Positions 1-10,168 of a DNA stretch of 38,741 nucleotides are shown here, one piece after another. A program made the position numbers and the translations under genes. The stretch's first letter is position 1, and the number at the start of each line of letters is the position of its first letter. The stretch spans positions 1-38,741 of the forward strand of contig JAZSIR010000004.1 of NCBI GenBank assembly GCA_045533905.1, read 5' to 3'. The notes beneath the pieces are model-generated. The model saw only the letters and a list, made by a program, of their open reading frames with translations, did not search any database and had not been told where the DNA came from. This stretch comes from Clostridia bacterium (GTDB taxonomy: Bacteria > Bacillota > Clostridia > UMGS1883 > UMGS1540).

Positions 1-61
1 CAGATACAATCTTTTCTCTAATTCCTTGTGGATACTTTTTCATTCCTTTAATTCCTGACAT
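1..61 (-). CDS. N-terminus of a putative IS3-family transposase OrfA (HTH), partial: MSGIKGMKKYPQGIREKIVS...
   Basis: ATG at 61 preceded by GGAGG; the KKYP..IREKIV start resembles OrfA N-termini; runs off the window. Confidence 0.5.
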   Translation of the reverse strand, partial: MSGIKGMKKYPQGIREKIVS

Positions 62-140
62 AACAAAACCTCCTATGGTATTTTTATTCTACCATAGGAG
101 GTGCTTTTTTTCTATTGTCCGTTTTTACTGGACTTGTTCA
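1..140 (-). mobile_element. Left end (IRL) of a probable IS3-family (IS150-like) insertion sequence, truncated by the window edge
   Basis: Minus strand from 140 reads TGAACAAGTCCAGTAAAAACGGACAATAG (5'-TG terminus and ...GGACA end as in IS150-like IRs), followed by an RBS-containing hairpin and an OrfA-like start; AT-rich relative to the host. Confidence 0.6.
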
Positions 141-176
141 AAGATACGGACATGCTTTTTCTTCGTTAACATAACA

Positions 177-215
177 AAAATGATGGTAGACACTTTTTGC
201 GTCTACCATCATTTT
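177..215. terminator. Intrinsic (probably bidirectional) terminator of the glycolytic operon
   Basis: AAAATGATGGTAGAC-loop-GTCTACCATCATTTT inverted repeat just past the 237 stop codon. Confidence 0.75.
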
Positions 216-236
216 ATTCCCTCAGCTTATTTGCAG

Positions 237-1103
237 TTATATTTTTCTCATAATGCTTCGTCCCGTTTCTGCCATAAAGCGTGCTGCGGCCGCATAAAGC
301 TCCGGCGGGGTTCTCTTTATAAAGCCTTCCGCTTCATACGTAAAGTCGCCCGTGTATCCGATGTCGGAAAGCGCCGCTGCAATGGTATCCCAGTTTATAA
401 TGCCCTGATAGGGAAGCGTATGCGAGTCCTCAATGCCGTTCACATCATGCACATGGAGCGCCGCAAGGCGGTCTTTCCCGAGCGCGCGGATAAACGCGGC
501 AGGGTCTTCACAAACGAGCGTGGTGTGCCCTATGTCGAGACACGCGCAGAACCAGTCTTTATCGAGTGCGTCCACATAGCGGATGAATTCTTCGGGGCGA
601 CTGCAGGTAGAGTGCGAAATTTTGTGTCCGCCCGGCATCTGCCACATGTTTTCCACGGCAATACGAATGCCATACTCTTTCGCATAGGGAAGAAGGCGAT
701 TGTAAAAATCCATGTTCATCTCAAAAAGAAGCTCGGGATTTCCTTCTGTGTAGTAGTCAAGATGCTGCACGGGGTGCACCACGATGATGGGAATGCCGAG
801 ATACGAAGCGTTTCGCATCGAGCGCACGATGTCCCAAAAGATGCCCTCTGTCACCTTTTCGTCGGGACGGCTTGACGGGAACGGCGCATGCGCCTGATTA
901 AAGACAAGCCCCTTACTTTCTGCAAATGCGCGAACGCCCGTAAAGTACTTTCGAAATTCCTCTCCGTCCGTCCCCTCGTCATAAAACTCGGGTGTGAAGA
1001 AGGAAAAGTCCAGCGCATCAAAGCCGGCTTCCGCCATCGTGGTGATGGCGTTTTCCATACCGAGCTTGCCGCGCAAATTATGGAAAGTGGATGATAACCG
1101 CAT
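237..1103 (-). CDS. Sugar phosphate isomerase/epimerase (xylose isomerase-like/AP endonuclease 2 TIM barrel)
   Basis: GFDALD, AVENM, CLDIGH, LHVHD, HTLP, GYTGDFTYE metal-binding motifs; AGGAGG RBS. Confidence 0.85.
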   Translation of the reverse strand: MRLSSTFHNLRGKLGMENAITTMAEAGFDALDFSFFTPEFYDEGTDGEEFRKYFTGVRAFAESKGLVFNQAHAPFPSSRPDEKVTEGIFWDIVRSMRNASYLGIPIIVVHPVQHLDYYTEGNPELLFEMNMDFYNRLLPYAKEYGIRIAVENMWQMPGGHKISHSTCSRPEEFIRYVDALDKDWFCACLDIGHTTLVCEDPAAFIRALGKDRLAALHVHDVNGIEDSHTLPYQGIINWDTIAAALSDIGYTGDFTYEAEGFIKRTPPELYAAAARFMAETGRSIMRKI

Positions 1104-1117
1104 AAAACTACCTCCTA

Positions 1118-2626
1118 TTAGGCGAGAATTAAGCTTTCGCCTGTCATTTCAGCCGGCTTTTCGAGATGCATGAGGGACAGCATTGTCGGCGCAATGTCGG
1201 CAAGGCGGCCGCCTTCGCGAAGCTTTACATCGCCGGCACCTGCTACGATAAGCGGAACGGGGTTTGTGGTGTGCGCGGTGAAGGGGCTGCCATCTTCTGC
1301 ATACATGCAGTCGGCATTGCCGTGGTCAGCAGTAATAAGCGCGATGCCGCCCTTTTCAATGATGGCATCTACCACTTCGCCAACGCAAGCGTCCACAGTT
1401 TCCACAGCGCGCACAGCACAGTCAAATACGCCCGTGTGGCCAACCATATCGCAGTTTGCAAAGTTTAAGATAATCACATCCTGCTCCGTAAGCCGCGAGA
1501 GAACTGCGTCCTTTACTTCTACGGCGCTCATTTCAGGCTTTAAGTCATAAGTGGCAACCTTCGGGGAAGGAATCAGCACGCGGTCTTCGCCTTCGGCTGT
1601 TTTTTCCACGCCGCCGTTAAAGAAGAACGTAACGTGTGCGTACTTTTCTGTTTCTGCAATACGAAGCTGTGTGTAGCCTTTTTCGGAAATATAATCACCA
1701 AAGGTGTTTGTAAGCTTTTCAGGCTTGAAGGCAACATCTACATTCGGCATGGTCGCGTCATACTGCGTCATGCAGATATAGGTAAGCGGGAAGAATTTGC
1801 GTGCAAACCCGTCAAATTCCGGATCCACAAATGCGCGGGTGATTTCACGTGCACGGTCGGGGCGGAAGTTGAAGAAAATAACGCTGTCATTCTTTTCAAT
1901 TTTGCCGGCCTCGGTTGTGGCAGGTACGATAAATTCATCCGTAACTTCTTCCTCGTAGGAAAGACGTACGTATTCGGCGGGATTTTCAATTTTCTTGCCC
2001 TTGCCGCTTGTCATCGCCTTATACGCTTTTTCTACGCGGTCCCAGCGGTTGTCGCGGTCCATGGCGTAGTAGCGGCCCATAACGGTGGCAATTTCGCCCA
2101 CACCAATGCGCTTCATCTCCGCTTCAAGCGCTTCAAGGAAGCCTGCGCCCGAAGTGGGGGAAACGTCACGGCCGTCGAGGAGTGCATGTACATACACCTT
2201 GGTAAGACCATTTCGCTTTGCCATTTCGAGAAGACCATAGAGGTGCTTGATGTGGCTATGTACACCGCCGTCGGAAAGAAGACCAATAAGGTGCAGCGCA
2301 CTTTTATTCTCCTTGCAGTTTTCCATAGCCGAAGAAAGGGCGGCGTTTTCGAAGAAATCACCGTCTGTAATCGATTTCGTAATGCGGGTAAGCTCCTGAT
2401 ATACAATTCTGCCGGCACCGATATTGGTGTGGCCTACTTCGGAGTTGCCCATCTGCCCTTCAGGGAGACCTACGTCCATACCGCTTGCCTGAATTTCTGT
2501 GTTCGGATATGTGGCAAAAATGCGGTCTAAGTTCGGCGTATTGGCCTTTTTAATGGCATTGCCGTCTGTATCGGGTGCCGAGGCAAACCCGTCCATAATA
2601 ATCAGCGCCATGAGTTGTTTATCCAC
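1118..2626 (-). CDS. gpmI: 2,3-bisphosphoglycerate-independent phosphoglycerate mutase
   Basis: LIIMDG, GQMGNSEVGH, GRYYAMDRDNRW, NFRPDRAR, ETEKYAHVT, DMVGHTG, TADHGN; GTG start. Confidence 0.97.
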   Translation of the reverse strand: MDKQLMALIIMDGFASAPDTDGNAIKKANTPNLDRIFATYPNTEIQASGMDVGLPEGQMGNSEVGHTNIGAGRIVYQELTRITKSITDGDFFENAALSSAMENCKENKSALHLIGLLSDGGVHSHIKHLYGLLEMAKRNGLTKVYVHALLDGRDVSPTSGAGFLEALEAEMKRIGVGEIATVMGRYYAMDRDNRWDRVEKAYKAMTSGKGKKIENPAEYVRLSYEEEVTDEFIVPATTEAGKIEKNDSVIFFNFRPDRAREITRAFVDPEFDGFARKFFPLTYICMTQYDATMPNVDVAFKPEKLTNTFGDYISEKGYTQLRIAETEKYAHVTFFFNGGVEKTAEGEDRVLIPSPKVATYDLKPEMSAVEVKDAVLSRLTEQDVIILNFANCDMVGHTGVFDCAVRAVETVDACVGEVVDAIIEKGGIALITADHGNADCMYAEDGSPFTAHTTNPVPLIVAGAGDVKLREGGRLADIAPTMLSLMHLEKPAEMTGESLILA

Positions 2627-2708
2627 GATTTTTGTCTTCCTTTCTTTTATATAAGGGAGTCTGCAAGGTGCAAACTCCCTTATGGTTTTTGTATATGCTG
2701 TTTTTAAA

Positions 2709-3458
2709 TTAGCTGTTTGCGATTACGGTGAAATCGTCAGCCTTGAGGCTTGCGCCGCCAACGAGACCGCCGTCGATATCGCGCATAGCGAAGAGGTCAG
2801 CAGAGTTTGCAGCATTTACGCTGCCACCGTAAAGAATACGGATTTTGTCTGCAACTTCCTTGCCGTAAAGCTCGGAAATGAGCACGCGGATTGCAGCGCA
2901 AACTTCGTTTGCCTGTTCGTTTGTAGCGGTTTTGCCTGTGCCGATGGCCCAGATCGGTTCGTAAGCGATTACGAGAGAAGCTGCAGCTTCTGCAGAAACG
3001 TCCTTCAGTGCTTTCTTCATCTGCATACGAATCCATTCGATGGTGATGCCGTCTTCACGCTGTGCGAGGGTTTCGCCGCAGCAGATAACGGGGCAAAGGC
3101 CGGCTTCCAGAGCCTTTAAGACCTTCTTGTTTACCGTTTCATCGGTTTCGCCGAAGTATTCACGTCTTTCAGAGTGACCGATAATTACGTGGGTTACGCC
3201 CATTTCGCGAAGCATGCCGGGAGCAACTTCACCGGTGAAAGCACCCTTGTCTTCAAAATACATGTTCTGTGCGCCAACCTGAATTTTGGTGCCCTTGGCA
3301 GCAGCGAGTACTGCATCGAGGCAAACGTACGGGGGGCAAACGAGAACATCGTTTTTAGCATTTCCTGCTTTTTCTGCAAGTTCTTTCATAAGAGCGGCAG
3401 CTTCGGAAGGCGTTTTGTTCATCTTCCAGTTGCCGGCTGCGAGTTTTGTTCTGCTCAT
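2709..3458 (-). CDS. tpiA: Triosephosphate isomerase
   Basis: [38 protein letters not shown]. Confidence 0.98.
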   Translation of the reverse strand: MSRTKLAAGNWKMNKTPSEAAALMKELAEKAGNAKNDVLVCPPYVCLDAVLAAAKGTKIQVGAQNMYFEDKGAFTGEVAPGMLREMGVTHVIIGHSERREYFGETDETVNKKVLKALEAGLCPVICCGETLAQREDGITIEWIRMQMKKALKDVSAEAAASLVIAYEPIWAIGTGKTATNEQANEVCAAIRVLISELYGKEVADKIRILYGGSVNAANSADLFAMRDIDGGLVGGASLKADDFTVIANS

Positions 3459-3475
3459 TTTTTTAAATTCCTTTC

Positions 3476-4681
3476 TTATTTATCTTCGAGGCATGCGATA
3501 CCCGGCAAAATTTTGCCTTCGAGGAACTCGAGGGAAGCACCGCCGCCGGTAGAGATGTGTGTCATTTTGTCAGCATAGCCGAGCTGTTCTACAGCGGCTG
3601 CACTGTCGCCACCACCGATGATGGTGATAGCATCGGCACTGCCGAGTGCTTCTGCAATGGCAATGGTGCCCTTTGCAAGCACGGGGTTTTCAAATACGCC
3701 CATCGGGCCGTTCCATACAACCGTCTTTGCGCTCGCAACAGCCTCTGCAAAGAGAGCGGCAGTCTTCGGGCCGATGTCAAGACCCATCTTGTCAGCCGGA
3801 ATTGCGTCGGAAGCTACTGCTTCTACAGCGATTTCAGCAGAAATCGGATCCGGGAAGGATGCTGCTACCATCGTGTCAACAGGCAGAAGGAGTTCTACAC
3901 CGCGTGCTTCGGCCTTTGCCATAAGATCCTTTGCAAGGTCAAGCTTTTCAGCATCGAAGAGGGACTTGCCGATTTCGTAGCCTTTTGCTTTCAGGAAGGT
4001 GTAAGCCATACCGCCACCGATGATGAGCTTGTCTACCTTACCGATGAGGTTTTCAATAACACCGATTTTGTCAGAAACCTTAGCGCCGCCGAGGATAGCA
4101 ACGAAGGGACGAGCGGGATCGGAGAGAGCCTTGCCCATAACGTCAAGCTCTTTCTGAATAAGGTAACCGCATACTGCCGGCAAGTAGTCCGCAACGCCTG
4201 CGGTGGAAGCATGGGCGCGGTGTGCCGTGCCGAATGCATCGTTTACAAAAATTTCAGCGAGGGAAGCAAGTTCCTTCGAGAAAGCGGGATCGTTCTTTTC
4301 TTCTTCCTTGTGGTAACGAACGTTTTCGAGAAGTACAACGTCGCCATCGTTCATGGAAGCGGTGAGTGCCTTTGCGCTTTCGCCGATTACGTCTTCTGCC
4401 ATTTTCACTTCTTTGCCGAGGTGCTCGGAAAGACGCTTTGCCACGGGAGCGAGGCTGTATTTCGGGTTAACTTCACCCTTCGGACGACCGAGGTGCGAGC
4501 AAAGGATAACCTTTGCGCCGTTTTGGACCAGATATTTAATAGTGGGAAGTGCGCCTAAAATTCTGGTTTCGTCCGTGATATTTTTGTCCGCATCAAGCGG
4601 TACATTAAAATCGCAACGGACAAGAACTTTTTTGCCGGTTACGGCAATGGATTCAATGTTCTTCTTGTTCATTTCATTCAC
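3476..4681 (-). CDS. pgk: Phosphoglycerate kinase
   Basis: [52 protein letters not shown]; start may be GTG 4681 or ATG 4672. Confidence 0.98.
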   Translation of the reverse strand: MNEMNKKNIESIAVTGKKVLVRCDFNVPLDADKNITDETRILGALPTIKYLVQNGAKVILCSHLGRPKGEVNPKYSLAPVAKRLSEHLGKEVKMAEDVIGESAKALTASMNDGDVVLLENVRYHKEEEKNDPAFSKELASLAEIFVNDAFGTAHRAHASTAGVADYLPAVCGYLIQKELDVMGKALSDPARPFVAILGGAKVSDKIGVIENLIGKVDKLIIGGGMAYTFLKAKGYEIGKSLFDAEKLDLAKDLMAKAEARGVELLLPVDTMVAASFPDPISAEIAVEAVASDAIPADKMGLDIGPKTAALFAEAVASAKTVVWNGPMGVFENPVLAKGTIAIAEALGSADAITIIGGGDSAAAVEQLGYADKMTHISTGGGASLEFLEGKILPGIACLEDK

Positions 4682-4702
4682 TCCTACAAAATTTTATTTA
4701 CT

Positions 4703-4731
4703 ATTTTACACCAAAAATCCCTTGAAATCAA
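4703..4731 (-). promoter_or_regulatory. Sigma-A-type promoter of the pgk operon
   Basis: Minus strand TTGATT-17 bp-TAAAAT. Confidence 0.6.
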
Positions 4732-4781
4732 GTGGAATTTGAAAAAAATAGGAAAAGGAGTAAAAATTCTTTTTGCGAGGC

Positions 4782-4811
4782 TTGACACCGACATATTTTC
4801 TAAGGTATAAT
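4782..4811 (+). promoter_or_regulatory. Sigma-A-type promoter of recA
   Basis: TTGACA-18 bp-TATAAT. Confidence 0.75.
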
Positions 4812-4839
4812 TAAATATAAAGATAAGGAGTGTGTGCAT

Positions 4840-5844
4840 ATGTCTGAAAAGAAAAAAGCCCTTGAGGCGGCCATGGGCCAAATTGAAAAACAGTTTGGCA
4901 AAGGCGCCGTTATGAAAATGGGCGAAAATACACATCTGAATATAGAAGCAATCCCCACGGGGTCATTGGCGCTTGACGTAGCGCTCGGCATTGGCGGCGT
5001 TCCGCGCGGCCGTATCGTGGAAATATACGGACCGGAATCTTCCGGTAAAACCACAGTTGCATTGCATATCATTGCAGAAGCGCAAAAGCGCGGCGGTGAG
5101 GTGGCCTTTATTGACGCCGAGCACGCGCTCGACCCCAGTTATGCCAAGAATCTCGGCGTAGATGTAGATGAGCTTATCGTAGCCCAGCCGGATACGGGCG
5201 AGCAGGCACTCGAGATTGCGGAAGCACTCGTTCGAAGCGGCGCGCTTGACGTTTTGGTTGTCGACTCGGTTGCGGCACTTGTACCGAAAGCGGAAATTGA
5301 AGGCGAAATGGGCGATTCGCACGTGGGTCTGCAGGCACGTCTTATGAGCCAGGCGCTCCGTAAACTTGCGGGCGTTGTGAATAAATCGAACACCACCGCA
5401 ATCTTTATTAACCAGCTTCGCGAGAAGGTGGGCGTAATGTACGGCAATCCCGAGGTTACAACGGGTGGCCGTGCCCTTAAATTCTACGCTTCTGTTCGTC
5501 TTGACGTACGCCGCGTGGAAGGCATTAAGGTAGACGGCAACATCGTCGGCAACCGCACCCGCATTAAGGTTGTAAAAAATAAGGTTGCACCTCCCTTCAG
5601 AGAAGCCGAGTGCGACATTATGTACGGTCAGGGCATTTCCAAGGTCGGTAACGTTCTCGACCTTGCCGCCGATTACGGCTTCCTCGAAAAGAGTGGTGCA
5701 TGGTATTCGTATGACGGTCAGCGCATCGGGCAGGGCAGAGAAAATGCCAAGAAGTTCCTCGCGGAAAATCCTACAATTATGGAAGAACTCGAAACCAAGG
5801 TGCGCGAGAGGGTGGGCGCCACCATCGCAAAGACCGAGGCATAA
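4840..5844 (+). CDS. recA: Recombinase RecA
   Basis: [58 protein letters not shown]; AAGGAG RBS favours ATG 4840. Confidence 0.99.
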   Translation: MSEKKKALEAAMGQIEKQFGKGAVMKMGENTHLNIEAIPTGSLALDVALGIGGVPRGRIVEIYGPESSGKTTVALHIIAEAQKRGGEVAFIDAEHALDPSYAKNLGVDVDELIVAQPDTGEQALEIAEALVRSGALDVLVVDSVAALVPKAEIEGEMGDSHVGLQARLMSQALRKLAGVVNKSNTTAIFINQLREKVGVMYGNPEVTTGGRALKFYASVRLDVRRVEGIKVDGNIVGNRTRIKVVKNKVAPPFREAECDIMYGQGISKVGNVLDLAADYGFLEKSGAWYSYDGQRIGQGRENAKKFLAENPTIMEELETKVRERVGATIAKTEA

Positions 5845-5852
5845 GAAAAATC

Positions 5853-5881
5853 TTGCATTTTGCAAGTGTTTGTGGTATACT
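5853..5881 (+). promoter_or_regulatory. Sigma-A promoter for the pheST leader
   Basis: TTGCAT-17 bp-TATACT with TGn extended -10. Confidence 0.65.
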
Positions 5882-5887
5882 TTTCCA

Positions 5888-6128
5888 AAAGGCTATGAAC
5901 GGGAGAGTAGGCAAAAGGTACTTTTTTGAGAGAGAAACGCCGTCGGCTGGAAGCGTTTTAAAGGAATTTTGCTGAAGTTCACCCGGGAGCCGCGCTTTTG
6001 AAGTAGCAGTAGGAAGCGCCGCGCATGGCACGTAACGCCGAAAACGAAGTGCCTGCTTTTTGCAGGAAACAGGGTGGTACCGCGGAAGAAATTTCGTCCC
6101 TTACAAAGTTTTTTGTAAGGGACTTTTT
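5888..6128 (+). ncRNA. T-box riboswitch, Phe specifier
   Basis: AGTA and AGAGA boxes, GCTGGAA apical motif, specifier loop GAAG-TTC-A (UUC at 5978-5980), T-box AACAGGGTGGTACCGCG, terminator GTCCCTTACAAA...TTTGTAAGGGAC-TTTTT; upstream of pheS. Confidence 0.92.
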
Positions 6129-6145
6129 ATGTAGAAAGGAAGAAA

Positions 6146-7168
6146 ATGATGAAAGAGCAACTTAAAAACATTCGCGAAGCGGCGCTCGAAGCGCTCGCTG
6201 CTGCGGAAGACCTTGCGGCGCTTGAGGAAATCCGCGTCCGTTATCTCGGCAAAAAAGGGGAGCTTACGGCTGTGCTTCGCGGCATGGGCGCACTCTCGCC
6301 CGAGGAAAGACCGGTTATCGGGCAGGTCGCAAATGAAGTGCGCGGTGAAATCGAAGCCGCCCTCGAAGAAAAGAAAGCTAAACTTTCCGAAGCCGCACGC
6401 GCTAAAAAGCTCGCAAGCGAACGGATTGACGTTACGATGCCCGGCACAGGTGCCGCTCCGGCTCGCCGCCATCCCTTAATTCAGGTACAGCGCGAAGTTA
6501 CGGATATCTTCATCGGCATGGGCTTTACCGTAGGCGAAGGCCCCGATATTGAAAGCGATTATTATAACTTTGAAGCACTCAATCTCCCTGCCGACCATCC
6601 GGCAAGAGACACGCAGGATACCTTCTATATAGATGACAATGTGCTTCTTCGTACGCAGACTTCCTCCGTGCAGATTCGCACGATGGAAAAGCAGAAGCCG
6701 CCAATTAAAATGATTGCACCGGGGCGTGTATACCGCTCGGACGCACTTGACGCTACACACTCGCCCGTGTTCCACCAGATTGAAGGCCTCGTGGTGGACC
6801 GCGGCATCACGATGGGTGACCTTAAAGGTACACTCGAAGCATTCCTCCAGAAGCTGTACGGCGAAAATGTGAAAGTACGTTTCCGCCCGCATCACTTCCC
6901 GTTTACAGAACCGAGCGCCGAAGTTGACATTTCCTGCTTCGTTTGCGGCGGCGAAGGCTGCAGAGTTTGTAAGGGCGAAGGCTGGATTGAAATCCTCGGC
7001 GCCGGTATGGTACATCCTAAGGTACTGCGCGGCTGCGGCATTGACCCTGAAGAGTATAGCGGCTTTGCCTTTGGCGTAGGTCTTGAGAGAATCGCCATGC
7101 GCCGCTTTGGTATTGACGATATCCGTCTGTTTATGGAAAACGATATTCGTTTCCTTGGGCAGTTCTAA
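6146..7168 (+). CDS. pheS: Phenylalanyl-tRNA synthetase alpha subunit
   Basis: [44 protein letters not shown]. Confidence 0.98.
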   Translation: MMKEQLKNIREAALEALAAAEDLAALEEIRVRYLGKKGELTAVLRGMGALSPEERPVIGQVANEVRGEIEAALEEKKAKLSEAARAKKLASERIDVTMPGTGAAPARRHPLIQVQREVTDIFIGMGFTVGEGPDIESDYYNFEALNLPADHPARDTQDTFYIDDNVLLRTQTSSVQIRTMEKQKPPIKMIAPGRVYRSDALDATHSPVFHQIEGLVVDRGITMGDLKGTLEAFLQKLYGENVKVRFRPHHFPFTEPSAEVDISCFVCGGEGCRVCKGEGWIEILGAGMVHPKVLRGCGIDPEEYSGFAFGVGLERIAMRRFGIDDIRLFMENDIRFLGQF

Positions 7169-7186
7169 ATAAGGGAGGAAGAAAAA

Positions 7187-9547
7187 ATGAAATTACCGCT
7201 CAGTTGGCTGTATGAATATGCAGATATTCGGGATGTAGAGCCCAAAACATATGCCGAGGCACTTACAATGTCCGGCTCCAAAGTCGAGGGCGTAGAAGCA
7301 CTCGGTGAAGAGGTGCAGAATGTTGTTATCGGCAAAATTCTCACAAAAGTAAAACACGAAAACGCAGATACGCTCTGGGTTTGCAGCGTGGATGCAGGCG
7401 AAGCAGAGCCGCGCCAGATTGTTACCGCCGCCCAGAATATGAACGAGGGCGATACAATTGCCGTAGCGCTTTCCGGCGCAACCCTCCCCGGCGGCTTCCA
7501 GATTAAGGCAAGCAAGCTTCGCGGCGTGATGAGTAGCGGCATGTTCTGCTCGCATGCGGAACTCGGTCTTGCACTTGAAGACGTACCGGGTGCCTGCGAA
7601 GACGGCATCATCATCTTCCCCGAGGCATATGCTCCGGGCACAGATGTCCGCAAAGTCGTAGGGCTTGACGATGTGGTGGTTGATTTTGAAATCACCTCGA
7701 ACCGCCCCGATTGCCTTTCTGCTATCGGCCTTGGCCGCGAAACGGCGGCAACGTTCGGAAAACCCTTCACAAAGCGCACCCCGAAAGAAACGGGCAACAA
7801 TGAGTCTGCCGCAGATTTTGTAAAGGTTTCGATTGAAGATACCGAAAAATGCACACGCTACACCGCACGCGTGGTAAAGGATATTAAAATTGCGCCGTCC
7901 CCGAGATGGCTTCGCAGCCGCCTTGAAGGCGCGGGCGTTCGCTCCATCAATAATATTGTAGACATTACAAACTATGTCATGCTCGAGTATGGGCAGCCGA
8001 TGCACGCGTTTGACAGAGACTTTTTAAAGGGGCAGGAAATCATCGTGCGCACCGCACACGAAGGCGAAAAGATTACAACGCTTGACGGCGAGGAAAGAAA
8101 CCTCACCCCCGAAATGCTCGTAATCGCGGACCGTGACCGCGCCGTGGCCGTTGCAGGCGTTATGGGTGGCGAAAATTCGGAAATTCAGGAAACCACAAAG
8201 GAAGTTGTTTTTGAATCGGCGATGTTTGACGGGGTTTCCGTCCGCCGTACGGCAAAGGCACTCGGCCTTCGTACCGAATCCTCCGCACGCTTTGAAAAGG
8301 GGCTCGACAGCGAAAATACACTCGAAGCCGTAAACCGCGCTTGCGAGCTTGTAGAAATGCTTGGCGCCGGCACCGTGGTCGGCGGCGTCGTGGATATCTA
8401 CCCGAAGAAAGCCGAAAAGAGAAGAATTCCGCTTTCTGCAGAGAAAGTAAACCGCTTCCTCGGTACCGATATCACGCGCGAAGAAATGCTCGAAATTCTC
8501 ACTTCTATCGGTTTTGAAGCAGACGGGGAGGATGTTCTCGTTCCCACTTTCCGCGCCGATGTGGAAGAATTTGCAGATGTTGCAGAAGAAATTGCCCGTT
8601 TTTACGGCTATGATAAAATCCCTTCCACGCTTATGCGCAGCGTAAGCGGCGTGGGCGGCAGAAACGAGGCACAGGCACTCGAAGAAAAAATTGCCGATAC
8701 ACTCTCGGGCCTTGGCTATTATGAAACGATGACCACATCGTTCATGCATCCGTCGGCACCGAAAATGATTGGCAGGAGCGATGCGCCGATTATCATCAAG
8801 AACCCCTTAGGCGAAGAAAACTCCGCTATGCGCACATCGCTTTTAAACGGCGCACTCGAAGTACTCGCCAGAAATGCAAATCAGAGAGCTGCGCGCGCAC
8901 AGATTTTCGAAATCGGCAAAATCTATAAGAATCTCGATGCCAAAACGCTTGCAGAAGAACCGAAAATGCTGTCCATCGGCGGCTATGGGATCGACTTCTT
9001 CGAGCTTAAAGGTGCGATTGAAGCCCTCTTTGGCGTCATTGGCGTTTCGGACTATAGCTTTGAAAGAGCGGAAGAATCTGCTACCTTCCACCCCGGCAAA
9101 ACCGCAGTCCTCAAAATCGGCGGCGAAATCGCCGGCACGGTTGGCGCTATTCATCCCGAGGTTTCCGAACGCTTCGGCCTTGAAACGGAAGTATATCTCG
9201 GCGAATTCGCGCTCGATGCCATTTTAAAGGCAGCGGGCACTGCGAAAACATATAAGGCCCTTGGCAAATATCCGGCCGTAAACCGTGACCTTGCCATTTT
9301 GGTGGATACCGAAACGGAAGCGGCAAGCGTGGAAGCTGTTATCCGCAAATACGCAGGCGGCCGCGCAGAAGAAATTCGTCTTTTCGACGTATATGCCGGC
9401 AAGCAGGTGCCCGAGGGCAAGAAGAGTATGGCGTATACCATTTCCTTCCGCGCGCCGGATAAGACACTTTCGGACGAAGAGGTAACGCGCGTAACCGATA
9501 AGATTTTAAGAATGCTTGAAAAGGAGATTGGCGCTACCTTGCGCTAA
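7187..9547 (+). CDS. pheT: Phenylalanyl-tRNA synthetase beta subunit
   Basis: TSNRPDCLS, NNIVDITNYVMLEYGQPMHAFD, SARFEKG, EEIARFYGYD, C-terminal ferredoxin-like anticodon-binding domain. Confidence 0.97.
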   Translation: MKLPLSWLYEYADIRDVEPKTYAEALTMSGSKVEGVEALGEEVQNVVIGKILTKVKHENADTLWVCSVDAGEAEPRQIVTAAQNMNEGDTIAVALSGATLPGGFQIKASKLRGVMSSGMFCSHAELGLALEDVPGACEDGIIIFPEAYAPGTDVRKVVGLDDVVVDFEITSNRPDCLSAIGLGRETAATFGKPFTKRTPKETGNNESAADFVKVSIEDTEKCTRYTARVVKDIKIAPSPRWLRSRLEGAGVRSINNIVDITNYVMLEYGQPMHAFDRDFLKGQEIIVRTAHEGEKITTLDGEERNLTPEMLVIADRDRAVAVAGVMGGENSEIQETTKEVVFESAMFDGVSVRRTAKALGLRTESSARFEKGLDSENTLEAVNRACELVEMLGAGTVVGGVVDIYPKKAEKRRIPLSAEKVNRFLGTDITREEMLEILTSIGFEADGEDVLVPTFRADVEEFADVAEEIARFYGYDKIPSTLMRSVSGVGGRNEAQALEEKIADTLSGLGYYETMTTSFMHPSAPKMIGRSDAPIIIKNPLGEENSAMRTSLLNGALEVLARNANQRAARAQIFEIGKIYKNLDAKTLAEEPKMLSIGGYGIDFFELKGAIEALFGVIGVSDYSFERAEESATFHPGKTAVLKIGGEIAGTVGAIHPEVSERFGLETEVYLGEFALDAILKAAGTAKTYKALGKYPAVNRDLAILVDTETEAASVEAVIRKYAGGRAEEIRLFDVYAGKQVPEGKKSMAYTISFRAPDKTLSDEEVTRVTDKILRMLEKEIGATLR

Positions 9548-9557
9548 AAAGAGAAAA

Positions 9558-10106
9558 ATGGAATATACAATGCAGATTGCAGGCCTTGAGAGAAATCTCA
9601 CGCTCTGCCCGATAAACCAGAACTTATGTATTGCCGCATTTATTTTGTTTGGCGATGTGGAGCTTTGTGAAGCGGCCGCGGAAGAACTTCTTAAAAAAGC
9701 ACCGGAGTTTGATGTGATTATCACACCGGAAGCCAAGAGCATTCCGCTTGCCTATGCGATGGCCCGCCAAAGTGGTAAGCCATATGTTGTTGCGAGAAAG
9801 GGCGAGAAGCTCTATATGGAAGAAGTGCTTCGTGCAGAGGTGCAGTCCATTACAACCGCGAAGCGCCAGATGCTTTGCATCGGAAAACGCGAAAAAGAGC
9901 AGATTGCCGGAAAACGTGTCCTCATTGTGGACGATGTTATCTCGACAGGCGAATCTCTCCGCGTTGTGGAAAAACTTGTGGAAGAAGCAGGCGGCCAGAT
10001 GGTGGCTGCAACCGCAGTCCTTGCGGAAGGAGATGCAGCTAACAGAACGGATATTCTGTTCCTTGAAAAGCTTCCGCTTTTTGACAAAACGGGCAAGCCG
10101 CTCTGA
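9558..10106 (+). CDS. Type I phosphoribosyltransferase (adenine/xanthine PRT-like)
   Basis: PEAKSIPLA, VARK, PRPP loop VLIVDDVISTGES; ATG 9558 lies 10 nt after the pheT stop. Confidence 0.85.
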   Translation: MEYTMQIAGLERNLTLCPINQNLCIAAFILFGDVELCEAAAEELLKKAPEFDVIITPEAKSIPLAYAMARQSGKPYVVARKGEKLYMEEVLRAEVQSITTAKRQMLCIGKREKEQIAGKRVLIVDDVISTGESLRVVEKLVEEAGGQMVAATAVLAEGDAANRTDILFLEKLPLFDKTGKPL

Positions 10107-10109
10107 TAT

Positions 10110-10139
10110 TTGACAGGGCGGGGAAAACTGTGATAGAAT
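10110..10139 (+). promoter_or_regulatory. Sigma-A-type promoter
   Basis: TTGACA-18 bp-TAGAAT with TGn extension. Confidence 0.65.
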
Positions 10140-10168
10140 AAAGTAAAGTATATAGGGAGGAAGAAAAA

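Noticed and set aside
75-875. 266 aa plus-strand ORF
   Set aside because: Antisense to the epimerase gene and crosses the IS end and terminator; no motif
4789-4800. CGACATATTTTC in the recA promoter spacer as a LexA/SOS box
   Set aside because: The position is suggestive, but it has three mismatches to the Firmicute GAAC-N4-GTTC consensus; cannot be supported without a lineage-specific motif
1634-5865. Long antisense ORFs opposite gpmI, pgk and recA (1634..2530, 3557..4558, 4963..5865)
   Set aside because: Shadow frames of conserved genes with biased codon usage; no recognisable motifs
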